Origin: a virus
Lineage: Duplodnaviria > Caudoviricetes
Direction: 5' to 3' (one strand)
IMG/VR virus record: IMGVR_UViG_3300032083_002429
Location: 1-55,248 of that record
DNA: 55,248 nucleotides
Shown here: one piece after another, positions 9,321 to 18,963 of the stretch
Layout: each line of letters starts with the position of its first letter
How positions within the stretch are numbered: the first letter of the stretch is position 1
Notes under the pieces: model-generated
The model's database searches: none
The model's input: the letters and a program-made list of their open reading frames with translations, nothing else
What the model was told of the DNA's origin: nothing
Program-made: the position numbers and the translations under genes

Positions 9321-9361
9321 AGGGAGTGGTGTGAATTATTCGGATTGGCGCCACTCCTTTT
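9321..9361 (+). terminator. Stem-loop terminator
   Basis: GGAGTGGTG...CGCCACTCC followed by TTTT. Confidence 0.7.
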
Positions 9362-9403
9362 ATACTCCTAGTTTAATCAAAATTACCACTAATAAATATT
9401 TGC

Positions 9404-9490
9404 AAGTCAATGTGCATTCGCACAGTACAGAGAACACGTACTTTACACGACACACTTATAAGAGAAGGGGGAGTTACACGCTCCCCCAAT
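9404..9490 (+). ncRNA. Candidate small late RNA
   Basis: Own TAAATA (9393-9398); hairpins TGTGC-ATTC-GCACA and GGGGGAG-TTACACG-CTCCCCC; the next gene has its own TAAATA. Confidence 0.4.
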
Positions 9491-9510
9491 CTAGACATAA
9501 ATAGTTGCAA

Positions 9511-9759
9511 ATGGCAAAAACAGTTAGAACATCAGGGGCATACACGCTAGAACCAGGAGCTGAGGTAGTAACGCTAAAGAACGGTCTAGCATTCACACCA
9601 GTAGCATTCGCAAATCTACCATCAAGTCCAGCAAACGGAATGGTGGCATTCTTGACCACAGACGGTGCCGGATCCACAAAAAACAAACTTTGTTATTACG
9701 AAACAGCCAACAACAGATGGAACTATGTGGTTGACGATAGTGCTGTTGCAACATCATAG
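9511..9759 (+). CDS. Small putative virion protein
   Basis: ATG9511 lies 7 nt after TAAATA (9498-9503); LPSSPANGMVAF...YYETANNRW is a fibre-type motif. Confidence 0.7.
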   Translation: MAKTVRTSGAYTLEPGAEVVTLKNGLAFTPVAFANLPSSPANGMVAFLTTDGAGSTKNKLCYYETANNRWNYVVDDSAVATS

Positions 9760-9767
9760 GATACAGG

Positions 9768-10205
9768 ATGAGATTCAAAGAGATAGATATCAATATAAAA
9801 GCACTGCCAGATGATGGAGACGAAGAATTGCTGAAGCAGTTGTTTGGCGCCAAGGGTGTTACAGTTTCGGACTCAGATGATGAACCAAAAGCTGGCAACC
9901 CAGAAAATCCGGGAAAGGTGGCTTCAGATGATCCAACCACTGTGGCATCGGTATATCCACTACAACAAGAATTAGAATTAAAGAAACAAGAAGCAGGTAA
10001 AGATCTAGCACAGTTCGATAACATCACACAAGATGCTGACGAGACTGCACCAGACCAAGAAGTAAGACAAGACGAACCTCTAGTTGCACAACCAGAAGTA
10101 ACCGGTGGTGAGAACCCAGGCGTGCCTGCCGAGATGAAGAAGAAACAACCCAACAACGAAAACACAGAACTATCACTACTGAAGAAACTATCTGGCGTGA
10201 TATAA
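9768..10205 (+). CDS. Acidic putative head-internal protein
   Basis: N-terminus MRFKEI; C-terminus ELSLLKKLSGVI resembles the scaffold C-terminus. Confidence 0.7.
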   Translation: MRFKEIDINIKALPDDGDEELLKQLFGAKGVTVSDSDDEPKAGNPENPGKVASDDPTTVASVYPLQQELELKKQEAGKDLAQFDNITQDADETAPDQEVRQDEPLVAQPEVTGGENPGVPAEMKKKQPNNENTELSLLKKLSGVI

Positions 10206-10217
10206 GGAGCGTAGGTC

Positions 10218-11207
10218 ATGGCATTCAGAAAACTAGTAGGTTCCTACAAGGACTACAACCTAGCAACACACATCATAGAAGACGGATATCTAGCAGTAGA
10301 CGTAGACACAGGAACTCTTAGACTAGGGGACGGTGTAACAGCAGGTGGTATCACAGTTGGTGGTGGTGGTAGTCTAGGTGATCTCTCCGGTATAGGATCA
10401 ACACTGACTGCGCCGACTAACGCAGACATGACATTGCAGACATCCGGCACAGGGATTGTGTTGATCAATGACACCTTCAAAATAGGTTCCGGTGTAAGTG
10501 TAACAACAATACTAGATGAGGACACCTTATCTTCAAATTCAGCAACGGCCTTGGTAACACAGCAATCAATAAAGGCATATGTTGACACAGAGATAGCGAA
10601 CGTGGCCATAGGTGACCTTTCATTCGTGGGATCCACAATTGCCGCACCCAGCAATGCTGATTTAACTTTGACATCCAGCAACGGAAATGTTGTCATAGAA
10701 GGTATCAGGGTAGCAGGGACCACACTGTCAACAGAAGATTCAAGTCCGGGTATAGAAATAGCAGGTAATCTTATTCCCAGTCAGAATGGAGTCTTCCAAC
10801 TGGGTAGTGCAACAAGAAGATGGCAGACCGTGTATGTTGCGGCAGAGACAATCGACCTAGGTGGCGCGACCATAAAATCAGATGGTTCAGGGGCGTTGAC
10901 CATCGCGGCCACTGGTGCCACACTTCCCACGGGAAGCAAAGTGGGAACCAATGGTATATCACTGACTGGTTCCACGGCTGGCACAACTGCAAGACCAGTA
11001 CAAACTGTGGGATTATTCCTAAATGATGGTAGTACATCACTGTCTGACGCACAACTGCTGGCAACAACAGCCGCTTTGACATTGGAATTCAATGCCACTG
11101 TCGAGGACGTGCCTGTGTACACAGATGCAGGACAGACCTTCATACTAGCGAATGGTACGGCATTAGAGGCATCGGGAGCCTCTGGTATCACACTATTCCA
11201 GTTCTAG
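10218..11207 (+). CDS. Fibre-like structural protein with Mtd_N-like N-terminus
   Basis: SD AAGGAG; LRLGDGVTAGG; TQQSIKAYVD repeat; LGSATRRWQTVY. Confidence 0.75.
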   Translation: MAFRKLVGSYKDYNLATHIIEDGYLAVDVDTGTLRLGDGVTAGGITVGGGGSLGDLSGIGSTLTAPTNADMTLQTSGTGIVLINDTFKIGSGVSVTTILDEDTLSSNSATALVTQQSIKAYVDTEIANVAIGDLSFVGSTIAAPSNADLTLTSSNGNVVIEGIRVAGTTLSTEDSSPGIEIAGNLIPSQNGVFQLGSATRRWQTVYVAAETIDLGGATIKSDGSGALTIAATGATLPTGSKVGTNGISLTGSTAGTTARPVQTVGLFLNDGSTSLSDAQLLATTAALTLEFNATVEDVPVYTDAGQTFILANGTALEASGASGITLFQF

Positions 11208-11280
11208 CAATAAATACCTACAATACAAAGGAAATGAATGCATTCCGTGAGTTCAAGTAGGCGGAGCACAGAATTGAGTT

Positions 11281-14200
11281 ATGGCTGATAAAACACCGGT
11301 ACGAGTAGTCTTTAATGCTTCGAACGTTGCCACTGGAATGGCGGAATTCCAGTCAGGCGAAACTGTACCCGTAGCAAATGGCGGAACGGGTCTAGCATCA
11401 ATTGGGTCAGCAGGACAAGTTCTCAGAACCAACGCGGCAGGAAATGCCTTAGAGTTCGCAACACTGGAAGATCTTGCAGACATTATATCAGTTGGGTCAA
11501 CATTGACAGCACCGTCAAACGCTGATTTCAACATAACCACGGCCGGCACTGGAAACATAGTGCTAAATGATTTAAGCATCAGCGATAACACTCTTTCAAC
11601 CAACAGATCCAACGACGATCTACACATCAACGCCAGTGGTACAGGAACCGTAGTCCTTGAAAATCTTAAAATAGGTTCAAGTGGATCCACCGTAACAACG
11701 ATTTTAGATGAGGACAACATGTCCTCTGATAGTGCAACATCACTAGCCACACAACAATCTATCAAGGCCTATGTTGACAGCGAGGTATCAGCAGTAAGCA
11801 CCACATCAATATCAACAGGTGACAGCAATGTAACAGTTGTTGACTCAGGCACAGGAAATGTTACCATCGAAGTTGACGGCACTGACAGGCTTACAACAGT
11901 GGCGGCCACTACAACAACTGCCACAGGACACAGTCTCGTAATAGGTGCAGGCAGTAACAGTGCCGGTGGACAAATAAAATTCTTAGAAGGCACAGACAAT
12001 GGAACCAACGGTGTTACGCTACTAGGACCGGCCAGCACTGCTGACGTAACAGTCACACTACCAGCGGCCACTGACACACTGGTAGGTAAAGCAACCACTG
12101 ACACATTCACAAACAAAACCATAGATGCCAATGGCACAGGAAACAGTATTACAAATTTAGAAGTGGCAGACCTTGCTTCTGGTGTCTTAGACACAGACCT
12201 ATCAAGTGTTTCAGCATCAGACAACACCCTTGCATCTGCCAAAGCAATTAAAACATATGTGGATGCACAGGTAACAGCATCTGACTTAGACTTTGCTACA
12301 GACGATTCAACAGCATTGAGCATAGACCTCGATAGTGAAAGTTTACAAGTTTCGGGTGGAGCAAACATTTCAACAAGTGGTTCTGCCAACACGATCACAA
12401 TAGCATTAGATACCAGCCTATCAGGCCTGTCATCTGTTACATCAACAGCATTAGTTACAAACAATATTTCATCTTCGGATTCAACAGCAGTAAGAATCGA
12501 CGATGCACTAAACGTTGACGGTGCATTAGACGTTGGTGCAGGGTTCACTATAAGCAATACCACATCAATCACTTCTATACTCGATGAAGATGCCATGGGT
12601 TCAGACAGTGCCACTGCGTTAGCAACACAACAGTCAATCAAAGCATACGTTGACACACAAGATGCCAACATAGCATCTGACACTTTAACATTTACAAACA
12701 AAACATTCGACGTAGAAGGAACAGGAAACAGCATTTCAAACATCGACGTGGCGGATCTTAAATCAGGTGTCCTAGACACAGATATTTCAAGCGTGGCTGG
12801 CACAGACACAACACTTGCTTCTGCAAAAGCAATCAAGACTTATGCAGACACCAAAGCAGTGCTTTCTGGGTCAACCAACAATCAAATCACAACAGTGACC
12901 GGTGCACACGCTATACAGGGCGAATCGAACCTCACGTTCGATGGTTCAACACTGGCAGTTACAGGTGCTGTGACAGTGTCAGGCGATCTAGCCGTTGATA
13001 CAAATACTTTATTTGTAGATGTGAGCACGAACAGAGTTGGTGTTGGATCAACAACATTATCTCAGCCATTTACAATACACAATACCTCTTCAGCACAAAT
13101 TCATTTAAGGACGGCAAATCCTGCAATTAGATTTTCAAGTGACGAAGCCGGTGGTAGTGATTCAACTAGAGCATTTATAGGTTTGGCCACTAATAGTAAT
13201 GCATTTATAAATGGAACAGCCGCTGGTGATCTTGCAGTTAGGAGTGCAACAGATGGAAAAATTCTTTTAGGTCATTCCGGTGGAGAATATGCTAGACTAA
13301 CCACTAGTGGTGCAACATTCACTGCCGGTGTGACTGCCACTGGTGTCACAATTTCTGGTGCTTCGATACTTGACGGTGTAACAATAACAGACAATACTAT
13401 TTCAACAAATGCCTCGAATGCACCTTTAGAGATAATTGCTAATGGCACAGGCCCGGTGGTAATAACTTCAGGTGGTGTTGCGTTTACCTTGCCAACGTCA
13501 GATGGTTCGGCGGGACAGGCACTGATTACAGACGGTTCGGGTACTTTAAGTTTTGACACAGTAACAACAACAGCATCAGATGACTCAAGGGCTGTCATCA
13601 AAAACAACAAGAAAGTGAACACCTCGGCAAAGACTGTGGACTACTTCCAAGAAACTGGATTCGACATGGCATGGTACTTCATGGCACTGAACGATCTCAC
13701 AAACGACCACACAAGTGGATCAGTATTCACGGTTTGCCACAACAATAGTAATGCTTTCGTCGGCAGTCCAAGGGGAGGTTCTTCTGGCACTGGAAACCTT
13801 TTGCCTACCACAACGGCGGACATGGCGGCGGATCAGGTCAGGGTTAAAATAACAGGACCTAGTGCAGATGGCAAAGTCAGTTTCTACAAGATTCCAATCT
13901 CGACAGCAAACACTGCCGATGCCACATCAGGTGTCACTGTAACAACATCAAACACGGATGTAGATTCTGCCTCAGAAAGCATAGACACATTCGCCCACGC
14001 TTCATTCAGGGCCGCGAAGTACACCATACTGATCGATGACGACGCCAAGACCGAGACGGGTGTGACAGAAGCACTTGTGGTGCATGACGGGACCAACGCT
14101 TTCGTGTCACAGTTCGGCACAGTCAACACCGGCAACAATGACATGATCACGCTGTCAGCGGCCATAAGCGGATCCAATGTTGTGTTAAGTGCGGCAGGAC

Positions 14201-14607
14201 TGACACCAAACCTAAAATTGAAAACACACAAAATTCTACTATCAGATTCAATGACAGCCGTATCAAATGCCAACCAGAAGACAATTGGTGCAACCACAGT
14301 GAGTTCAACTGCCACAGCGTTTGACAGTTTCGATCTCGACGAAGTAACTGCGGCAGTGTACTATGTTGTGGGCAAGAATGCCTCAGAGGGTGCGTACAGT
14401 GTACAGGAAGTGTACATGTGTGGTGACATAGGGGAGGCGGGTGTCAGTGCAGGACCTTACGTTTCAACCAAGGAAACCACACAGTTGGAATTCGCTGGCG
14501 ATTACATCGGCACAGCCGACAACACTGTCCAACTGACCATTTCGTCCACATCAGGTGGTTCAACAGTGGCCAATGCATACAGAATAAGCTGTCTAGCAGA
14601 GGAATAG
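11281..14607 (+). CDS. Long fibre/structural protein
   Basis: 1108 aa, T/S/A/G-rich; repeated ILDED..SDSAT.LATQQSIKAYVD and SGVLDTD..TLASAKAIKTY units; three related C-terminal beta-domains. Confidence 0.8.
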   Translation: MADKTPVRVVFNASNVATGMAEFQSGETVPVANGGTGLASIGSAGQVLRTNAAGNALEFATLEDLADIISVGSTLTAPSNADFNITTAGTGNIVLNDLSISDNTLSTNRSNDDLHINASGTGTVVLENLKIGSSGSTVTTILDEDNMSSDSATSLATQQSIKAYVDSEVSAVSTTSISTGDSNVTVVDSGTGNVTIEVDGTDRLTTVAATTTTATGHSLVIGAGSNSAGGQIKFLEGTDNGTNGVTLLGPASTADVTVTLPAATDTLVGKATTDTFTNKTIDANGTGNSITNLEVADLASGVLDTDLSSVSASDNTLASAKAIKTYVDAQVTASDLDFATDDSTALSIDLDSESLQVSGGANISTSGSANTITIALDTSLSGLSSVTSTALVTNNISSSDSTAVRIDDALNVDGALDVGAGFTISNTTSITSILDEDAMGSDSATALATQQSIKAYVDTQDANIASDTLTFTNKTFDVEGTGNSISNIDVADLKSGVLDTDISSVAGTDTTLASAKAIKTYADTKAVLSGSTNNQITTVTGAHAIQGESNLTFDGSTLAVTGAVTVSGDLAVDTNTLFVDVSTNRVGVGSTTLSQPFTIHNTSSAQIHLRTANPAIRFSSDEAGGSDSTRAFIGLATNSNAFINGTAAGDLAVRSATDGKILLGHSGGEYARLTTSGATFTAGVTATGVTISGASILDGVTITDNTISTNASNAPLEIIANGTGPVVITSGGVAFTLPTSDGSAGQALITDGSGTLSFDTVTTTASDDSRAVIKNNKKVNTSAKTVDYFQETGFDMAWYFMALNDLTNDHTSGSVFTVCHNNSNAFVGSPRGGSSGTGNLLPTTTADMAADQVRVKITGPSADGKVSFYKIPISTANTADATSGVTVTTSNTDVDSASESIDTFAHASFRAAKYTILIDDDAKTETGVTEALVVHDGTNAFVSQFGTVNTGNNDMITLSAAISGSNVVLSAAGLTPNLKLKTHKILLSDSMTAVSNANQKTIGATTVSSTATAFDSFDLDEVTAAVYYVVGKNASEGAYSVQEVYMCGDIGEAGVSAGPYVSTKETTQLEFAGDYIGTADNTVQLTISSTSGGSTVANAYRISCLAEE

Positions 14608-14663
14608 GGTCAAATCAACATAAATACAAGCAATATTAACAATCATGCGGGAGATATGGAACC

Positions 14664-17015
14664 ATGACAACACGAAATTTTAGAGTAAACAACGGACTGG
14701 AAGTAGGAGATATCGTACTCAATGCTTCAACCAATAAAATAACAGGACTAGCGACCGCGGCACCAAGTGCTGACGGTGACGTGTCCAACAAGAAGTACGT
14801 AGATGACCAAGCGGCGGCGGCATTAACATTAACTAACAAAACTTTAACAGCACCAAAAATAGCAGACGCAGGATTCATTGCAGACGCAAATGGAAATGAA
14901 CAGATCATTTTCCAGACAATAGGTTCAGCAGTTAATGAATTAGAAATTTCAAACGCGGCATCAGGCAACGGTCCAATCATAGGATCAAGTGGAGAAACAA
15001 ACGTTCCAATAAACATCACTCCAAAAGGAACTGGAAACATTCTCTTAAACGCAGGAGCAGATGTAGTAATACCGGCCAATATTGGATTACAATTTGTAGA
15101 TGCCAATGAAAAGATCGAATCAGATGGAACTGATTTAACAGTAAACTCCGGTGCAAAAATTAATTTAACAGCAACGACAGATGTACACATTCCAAATGCA
15201 GTAGGTTTAGTTTTTGGTGATGGTGGAGAACACATTGAAACCAACAACACTGATTTCACAATCACATCAGGTGGTAAAATCAATTTAGCAACAGCTTCGG
15301 ATGTACACATGGCCAATGACCGAGGAATAGTTTTTGGCGATGCAGGTGAGAAGATCGAAGGGGATGGTACAGACTTGACTATCACTTCTTCTGCCGCATT
15401 GAATCTTACAGCAGGAACTGATGTAGTAATTCCAGCAAACATAGGTTTGACATTTGGTACTGGTGAGAAGATCGAGGGTGATAGTACAAACTTGACTGTG
15501 ACTTCCGGTGCTCAGATCATAATGGCGGCGGCGACAGACGTAGTAATACCTGTCAACGTGGGAATCACGTTTGGAGCAGGTGAGAAGATCGAGGGGGATG
15601 ACACAAACTTAACAATCACATCGGGTGCCCAGATCATAATGGCGGCGGCGACAGATGTAAAACTGGCCAATGACATTGGAATAGTTTTTGGTGATGCAGG
15701 TGAGAAGATCGAAGGGGATGGTACAGACTTGACTATCTCTTCTAGTAACTTACTAAATTTATCAGCGGCTACAGACATTGTTATACCAAATGACGTGGGA
15801 ATAGTGTTTGGTGGCGCTTCAGAAAAGATCGAAGGTGACGGTACAGACTTAACAATTTCAGGTGCTAAAATCAATTTAGCGGCAGTAACAGATGTACACA
15901 TGGCCAATGACATTGGAATAGTGTTTGGCGATGCAGGTGAGAAGATCGAGGGTGATGGTACTGACTTGACAATATCTTCAAGTAACTTACTAAATTTATC
16001 AGCGGCTACAGACATTGTTATCCCAACAAACGTTGGATTACATTTCACTGATGCCAACGAGAAGATTGAATCAAACGGAACTGACTTTACTTTTAACTCA
16101 GGTAATGACATAAATTTAACAGCGACCACTGATATTAACATTCCAGCCAACGTTGGTTTAACGTTTGGTGACGATGGTGAGAAGATCGAAGGTAATGGTA
16201 CTAATCTAGTAATTGCATCTTCCGGTAATCTTACACTTACTGCTACAGGTGAAACTATTGTTACTAACAACATGAGAATTTCGGGTAACTTTACAGTTGA
16301 TGGAACAACAACAACTATTAACACAACGACACTTTCAGTTGAGGACAACATCATCGAGTTGAACAGAAACGTATCTGCCAACTCAGGAATGCCTTCACTT
16401 TCAGGTTTAAAAGTACAGAGGGGTTCCACATCAGCCGCTACAGAGACGGATCTGTTCTGGGCTTGGGATGAAACTTTTGCAGATGACGGAACAACTATAT
16501 TTGGTAACGCAGGTGGTGCCTGGACAGCATACAAACATGCGGCTGATTCTATACCAGTAGACGCAGACCTAGTAGACATTAGGGCCAACGTGTTACATGC
16601 CTTAGCAACTTCGGCGCAGTATGCGGACGTTGCCGAGCGTTTCGAAGCAGACGCTCCTATGACAGCAGGTGCAGTAGTAATGGTTGGCGGTGACGCAGAG
16701 ATCACAGAGACAACTTCAGATTTATCTGATCAAGTGTTTGGTGTCATATCTGACAGTCCGGCTTATGCCATGAACGCAGGTGCAGGTAACAACGATTCAC
16801 ACCCATTTGTTGCGATGACTGGAAGAACTCCAGTGAGAGTAGTAGGTGCAGTGACCAAAGGTCAAAGACTAGTTAGTTCATCAACTAAAGGTTGTGCGAG
16901 AGCGGCCGCAACAGGCGAAACAATTTCACCATTCAACGTTATCGGAAGAGCACTAGAGAGCTCAACTGACGCAGGGATCAAATTGGTAAATTGTGCGGTG
17001 AGGACAAACAACTAA
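14664..17015 (+). CDS. Tail fibre with ten ~39-40-aa repeats and a probable C-terminal autocleaving chaperone domain
   Basis: Repeat consensus TDVxIPxNxGxxFGxxxEKIEGDGTDLTIxS; C-terminal ATSAQYADVAERFEAD..GRTPVRV. Confidence 0.8.
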   Translation: MTTRNFRVNNGLEVGDIVLNASTNKITGLATAAPSADGDVSNKKYVDDQAAAALTLTNKTLTAPKIADAGFIADANGNEQIIFQTIGSAVNELEISNAASGNGPIIGSSGETNVPINITPKGTGNILLNAGADVVIPANIGLQFVDANEKIESDGTDLTVNSGAKINLTATTDVHIPNAVGLVFGDGGEHIETNNTDFTITSGGKINLATASDVHMANDRGIVFGDAGEKIEGDGTDLTITSSAALNLTAGTDVVIPANIGLTFGTGEKIEGDSTNLTVTSGAQIIMAAATDVVIPVNVGITFGAGEKIEGDDTNLTITSGAQIIMAAATDVKLANDIGIVFGDAGEKIEGDGTDLTISSSNLLNLSAATDIVIPNDVGIVFGGASEKIEGDGTDLTISGAKINLAAVTDVHMANDIGIVFGDAGEKIEGDGTDLTISSSNLLNLSAATDIVIPTNVGLHFTDANEKIESNGTDFTFNSGNDINLTATTDINIPANVGLTFGDDGEKIEGNGTNLVIASSGNLTLTATGETIVTNNMRISGNFTVDGTTTTINTTTLSVEDNIIELNRNVSANSGMPSLSGLKVQRGSTSAATETDLFWAWDETFADDGTTIFGNAGGAWTAYKHAADSIPVDADLVDIRANVLHALATSAQYADVAERFEADAPMTAGAVVMVGGDAEITETTSDLSDQVFGVISDSPAYAMNAGAGNNDSHPFVAMTGRTPVRVVGAVTKGQRLVSSSTKGCARAAATGETISPFNVIGRALESSTDAGIKLVNCAVRTNN
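15057..16243 (+). repeat. Coding tandem array of 10 units of 117-120 bp
   Basis: Segments starting at 15665 and 15902 are nearly identical over ~120 nt. Confidence 0.9.
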
Positions 17016-17042
17016 TAAATATTCATACTTTTTAGTAGAATC

Positions 17043-17076
17043 AAAAGGCCTTGTAGAAATACTGGGCCTTTTTTTT
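17043..17076. terminator. Bidirectional intrinsic terminator
   Basis: AAAAGGCC...GGCC followed by a T-run, between the convergent fibre and Nudix genes. Confidence 0.8.
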
Positions 17077-17503
17077 AGGTTATAAGATCTAGTATAGTCT
17101 GTAACTTGCCCTTGATGGCTTTGTTGTTCAGTGTGTTCTTCAAACCCATGTGTAGGTTCTTGGGCCAGCATTCAAACGCAGTCCAACAGTATCCCGAATG
17201 TTCATCATTCAGTTTAGGTAAGAATTCAGTCTCTATCGCAATAAGATAAGTGTGGAAGAAAAACTTCTGATCATTTGAAGTGAACATCTCCAAGGGAATG
17301 ACTTTCTTGAACTTAGGAGTATCTCCTATTTCCTCTTTGATTTCTCTCTTCAATCCTTCAAATGCTGATTCAGTGTATTTGGCCTGGCCTCCGACCAATC
17401 CCCACATGCCCTGTGTCTTCTTGTCGGTCCTCTGCAAGAACAGGAAACGCTTGGTACCAGTTGAATAGAACAGTGCCCCTGAGCAGACTATATTTTTTTC
17501 CAT
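17075..17503 (-). CDS. Nudix hydrolase
   Basis: Nudix box GGQAKYTESAFEGLKREIKEEIG. Confidence 0.9.
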   Translation of the reverse strand: MEKNIVCSGALFYSTGTKRFLFLQRTDKKTQGMWGLVGGQAKYTESAFEGLKREIKEEIGDTPKFKKVIPLEMFTSNDQKFFFHTYLIAIETEFLPKLNDEHSGYCWTAFECWPKNLHMGLKNTLNNKAIKGKLQTILDLIT

Positions 17504-17508
17504 GTATT

Positions 17509-17538
17509 ATTATAACAATTATGGAGTAGTGGCGTCAA
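17509..17538 (-). promoter_or_regulatory. sigma70-like promoter for the Nudix gene
   Basis: Minus-strand TTGACG-18 nt-TATAAT, 5 nt before the ATG. Confidence 0.6.
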
Positions 17539-18961
17539 GGCTTGAATTATATCCTGGATCTGCTCCACCGTCCAACACAATACTCCAAGTACCTTGTGCA
17601 TACACGCCTTCGTATGATTTGACCCACTCTGTGCCATTGAATCTGTATTGAATTCCTGTGTTTAAATTAGTAACATAATGTTGTGTTGAATCTGGATTTG
17701 AAGCGTCAAACGCCACGTTCCATTTACCAGTTGAACTGTTGTACTCTATGATATCTCCAATACTTGCCACTAGTGTTCCCCATGTTGCACTCTGGAATGA
17801 TGACGTGCTGTCTCCCACATCGTTTATGACCAGATACCTGTCACCGTTTGCAGGTGTGCCAGGACTAAATGTTGCAGGATTTATGATCTTGGAAACTGCT
17901 GTCAGTGAGTTTGCGGGTATCGTGTCCGAATCAATGCTGTATAACAAAATTGTGTCGTCTAATGATGTTGTTGCAATCGTTCCTACTATCTCGTTGCCAT
18001 TGGGTTGGGTAAGTCTGATCTGCGATGTGCCGTTGGTCACTTTACCATACTGGTCTAGTAATGTTTTCCAGTTGACTGCTGGACCAAATGTCTCAAATGG
18101 ATCAAAATTAGATGGTTCATTCGCTCCTGTCTGGAATCCGTCTCCTCCCGAAGTCACACTTGTTCCTGTAGACCCCAGTAATCTCAATTGATTCCCAGTC
18201 ACCAGCAATCCAAAATTGTTTGGTGTGATGAAACTCCTCGATGTTAGTGTACCGTCTATTAACCCTTTTGTTATTCCGCCATCGTCATCATAGATGCTCA
18301 TTATGATCTTCTGTATAACTCCCAGTTTCTTGACCTTCACAGGAGGTGATATCCATATTGGCATTGAAAATGTCAATGTAGCGATATCGATCTCAGAGTC
18401 AGCCCCAACGGGTATGGTCCTCGATGAGAACGTTGTACCGGTCAGTTCCACGTAGCTCAAGCTGGTCCAGTCGATGTAATTGTCTGATTTTTGTATCTCG
18501 AAGTCTGGATTGAACAGGTATAATATCTGTTCCATGATCTGTAATTTCTGGTCTGTGTTTGAACTCCAGATGTCTGCAGTCACTTCCAATCTAAAGGGAG
18601 AAGGCATAACTTTCTCGACCGTGTATCCTGCACCTATTTCGCTTGTGTAATTTCCGTCTGCATCAACATTCCTTTCTCTTAAATGTTGTTTTTCAATGTG
18701 ATAGGGGTTCTGCATTCTTTCCCTGTCATAGTTCAGTTCTCTAACGTAACACGCAATCTTTGGAACATACTGTAATGCGTTCTCAGAATTGTTCCTGATT
18801 ATACTTGCAACTTGTCTTGTAGGATCTCCGTAAACTACCGGAACAGCTCTTAACTGTATAGAATTATCTTTACCTCGGCCTGTTTCCACAGAAAAGTTAC
18901 TCAAAATCCTGATGAATTGAGTTAAAAATTTCCTTACCTGTCCTTCGTAAAAGTGTAGCAT
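17519..18961 (-). CDS. gp15: Tail completion/sheath stabilizer (gp15-like) with an extra C-terminal domain
   Basis: HFY..Q.RKFL.QF, VPVVYG, PSPFRL, QIMEQIL.LFNP; next to the neck genes. Confidence 0.75.
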   Translation of the reverse strand: MLHFYEGQVRKFLTQFIRILSNFSVETGRGKDNSIQLRAVPVVYGDPTRQVASIIRNNSENALQYVPKIACYVRELNYDRERMQNPYHIEKQHLRERNVDADGNYTSEIGAGYTVEKVMPSPFRLEVTADIWSSNTDQKLQIMEQILYLFNPDFEIQKSDNYIDWTSLSYVELTGTTFSSRTIPVGADSEIDIATLTFSMPIWISPPVKVKKLGVIQKIIMSIYDDDGGITKGLIDGTLTSRSFITPNNFGLLVTGNQLRLLGSTGTSVTSGGDGFQTGANEPSNFDPFETFGPAVNWKTLLDQYGKVTNGTSQIRLTQPNGNEIVGTIATTSLDDTILLYSIDSDTIPANSLTAVSKIINPATFSPGTPANGDRYLVINDVGDSTSSFQSATWGTLVASIGDIIEYNSSTGKWNVAFDASNPDSTQHYVTNLNTGIQYRFNGTEWVKSYEGVYAQGTWSIVLDGGADPGYNSSLDATTP

Positions 18962-18963
18962 TC

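Noticed and set aside
11234-11270. tRNA-like GTTCAAG and an 8-codon upstream ORF (MNAFREFK)
   Set aside because: No cloverleaf can be built; the upstream ORF has too short an SD spacing and is out of frame with 11281
15057-16243. Repeat array as CRISPR or as a diversity-generating retroelement TR/VR pair
   Set aside because: The repeats are in-frame protein repeats with mostly synonymous differences; there are no unique spacers, cas genes or reverse transcriptase in the window
11769-16705. Long antisense ORFs (11769-12836, 14636-15442, 15512-16705) and similar ones elsewhere
   Set aside because: They are codon-aligned shadows of well-supported plus-strand genes and have no promoter, SD or motif of their own
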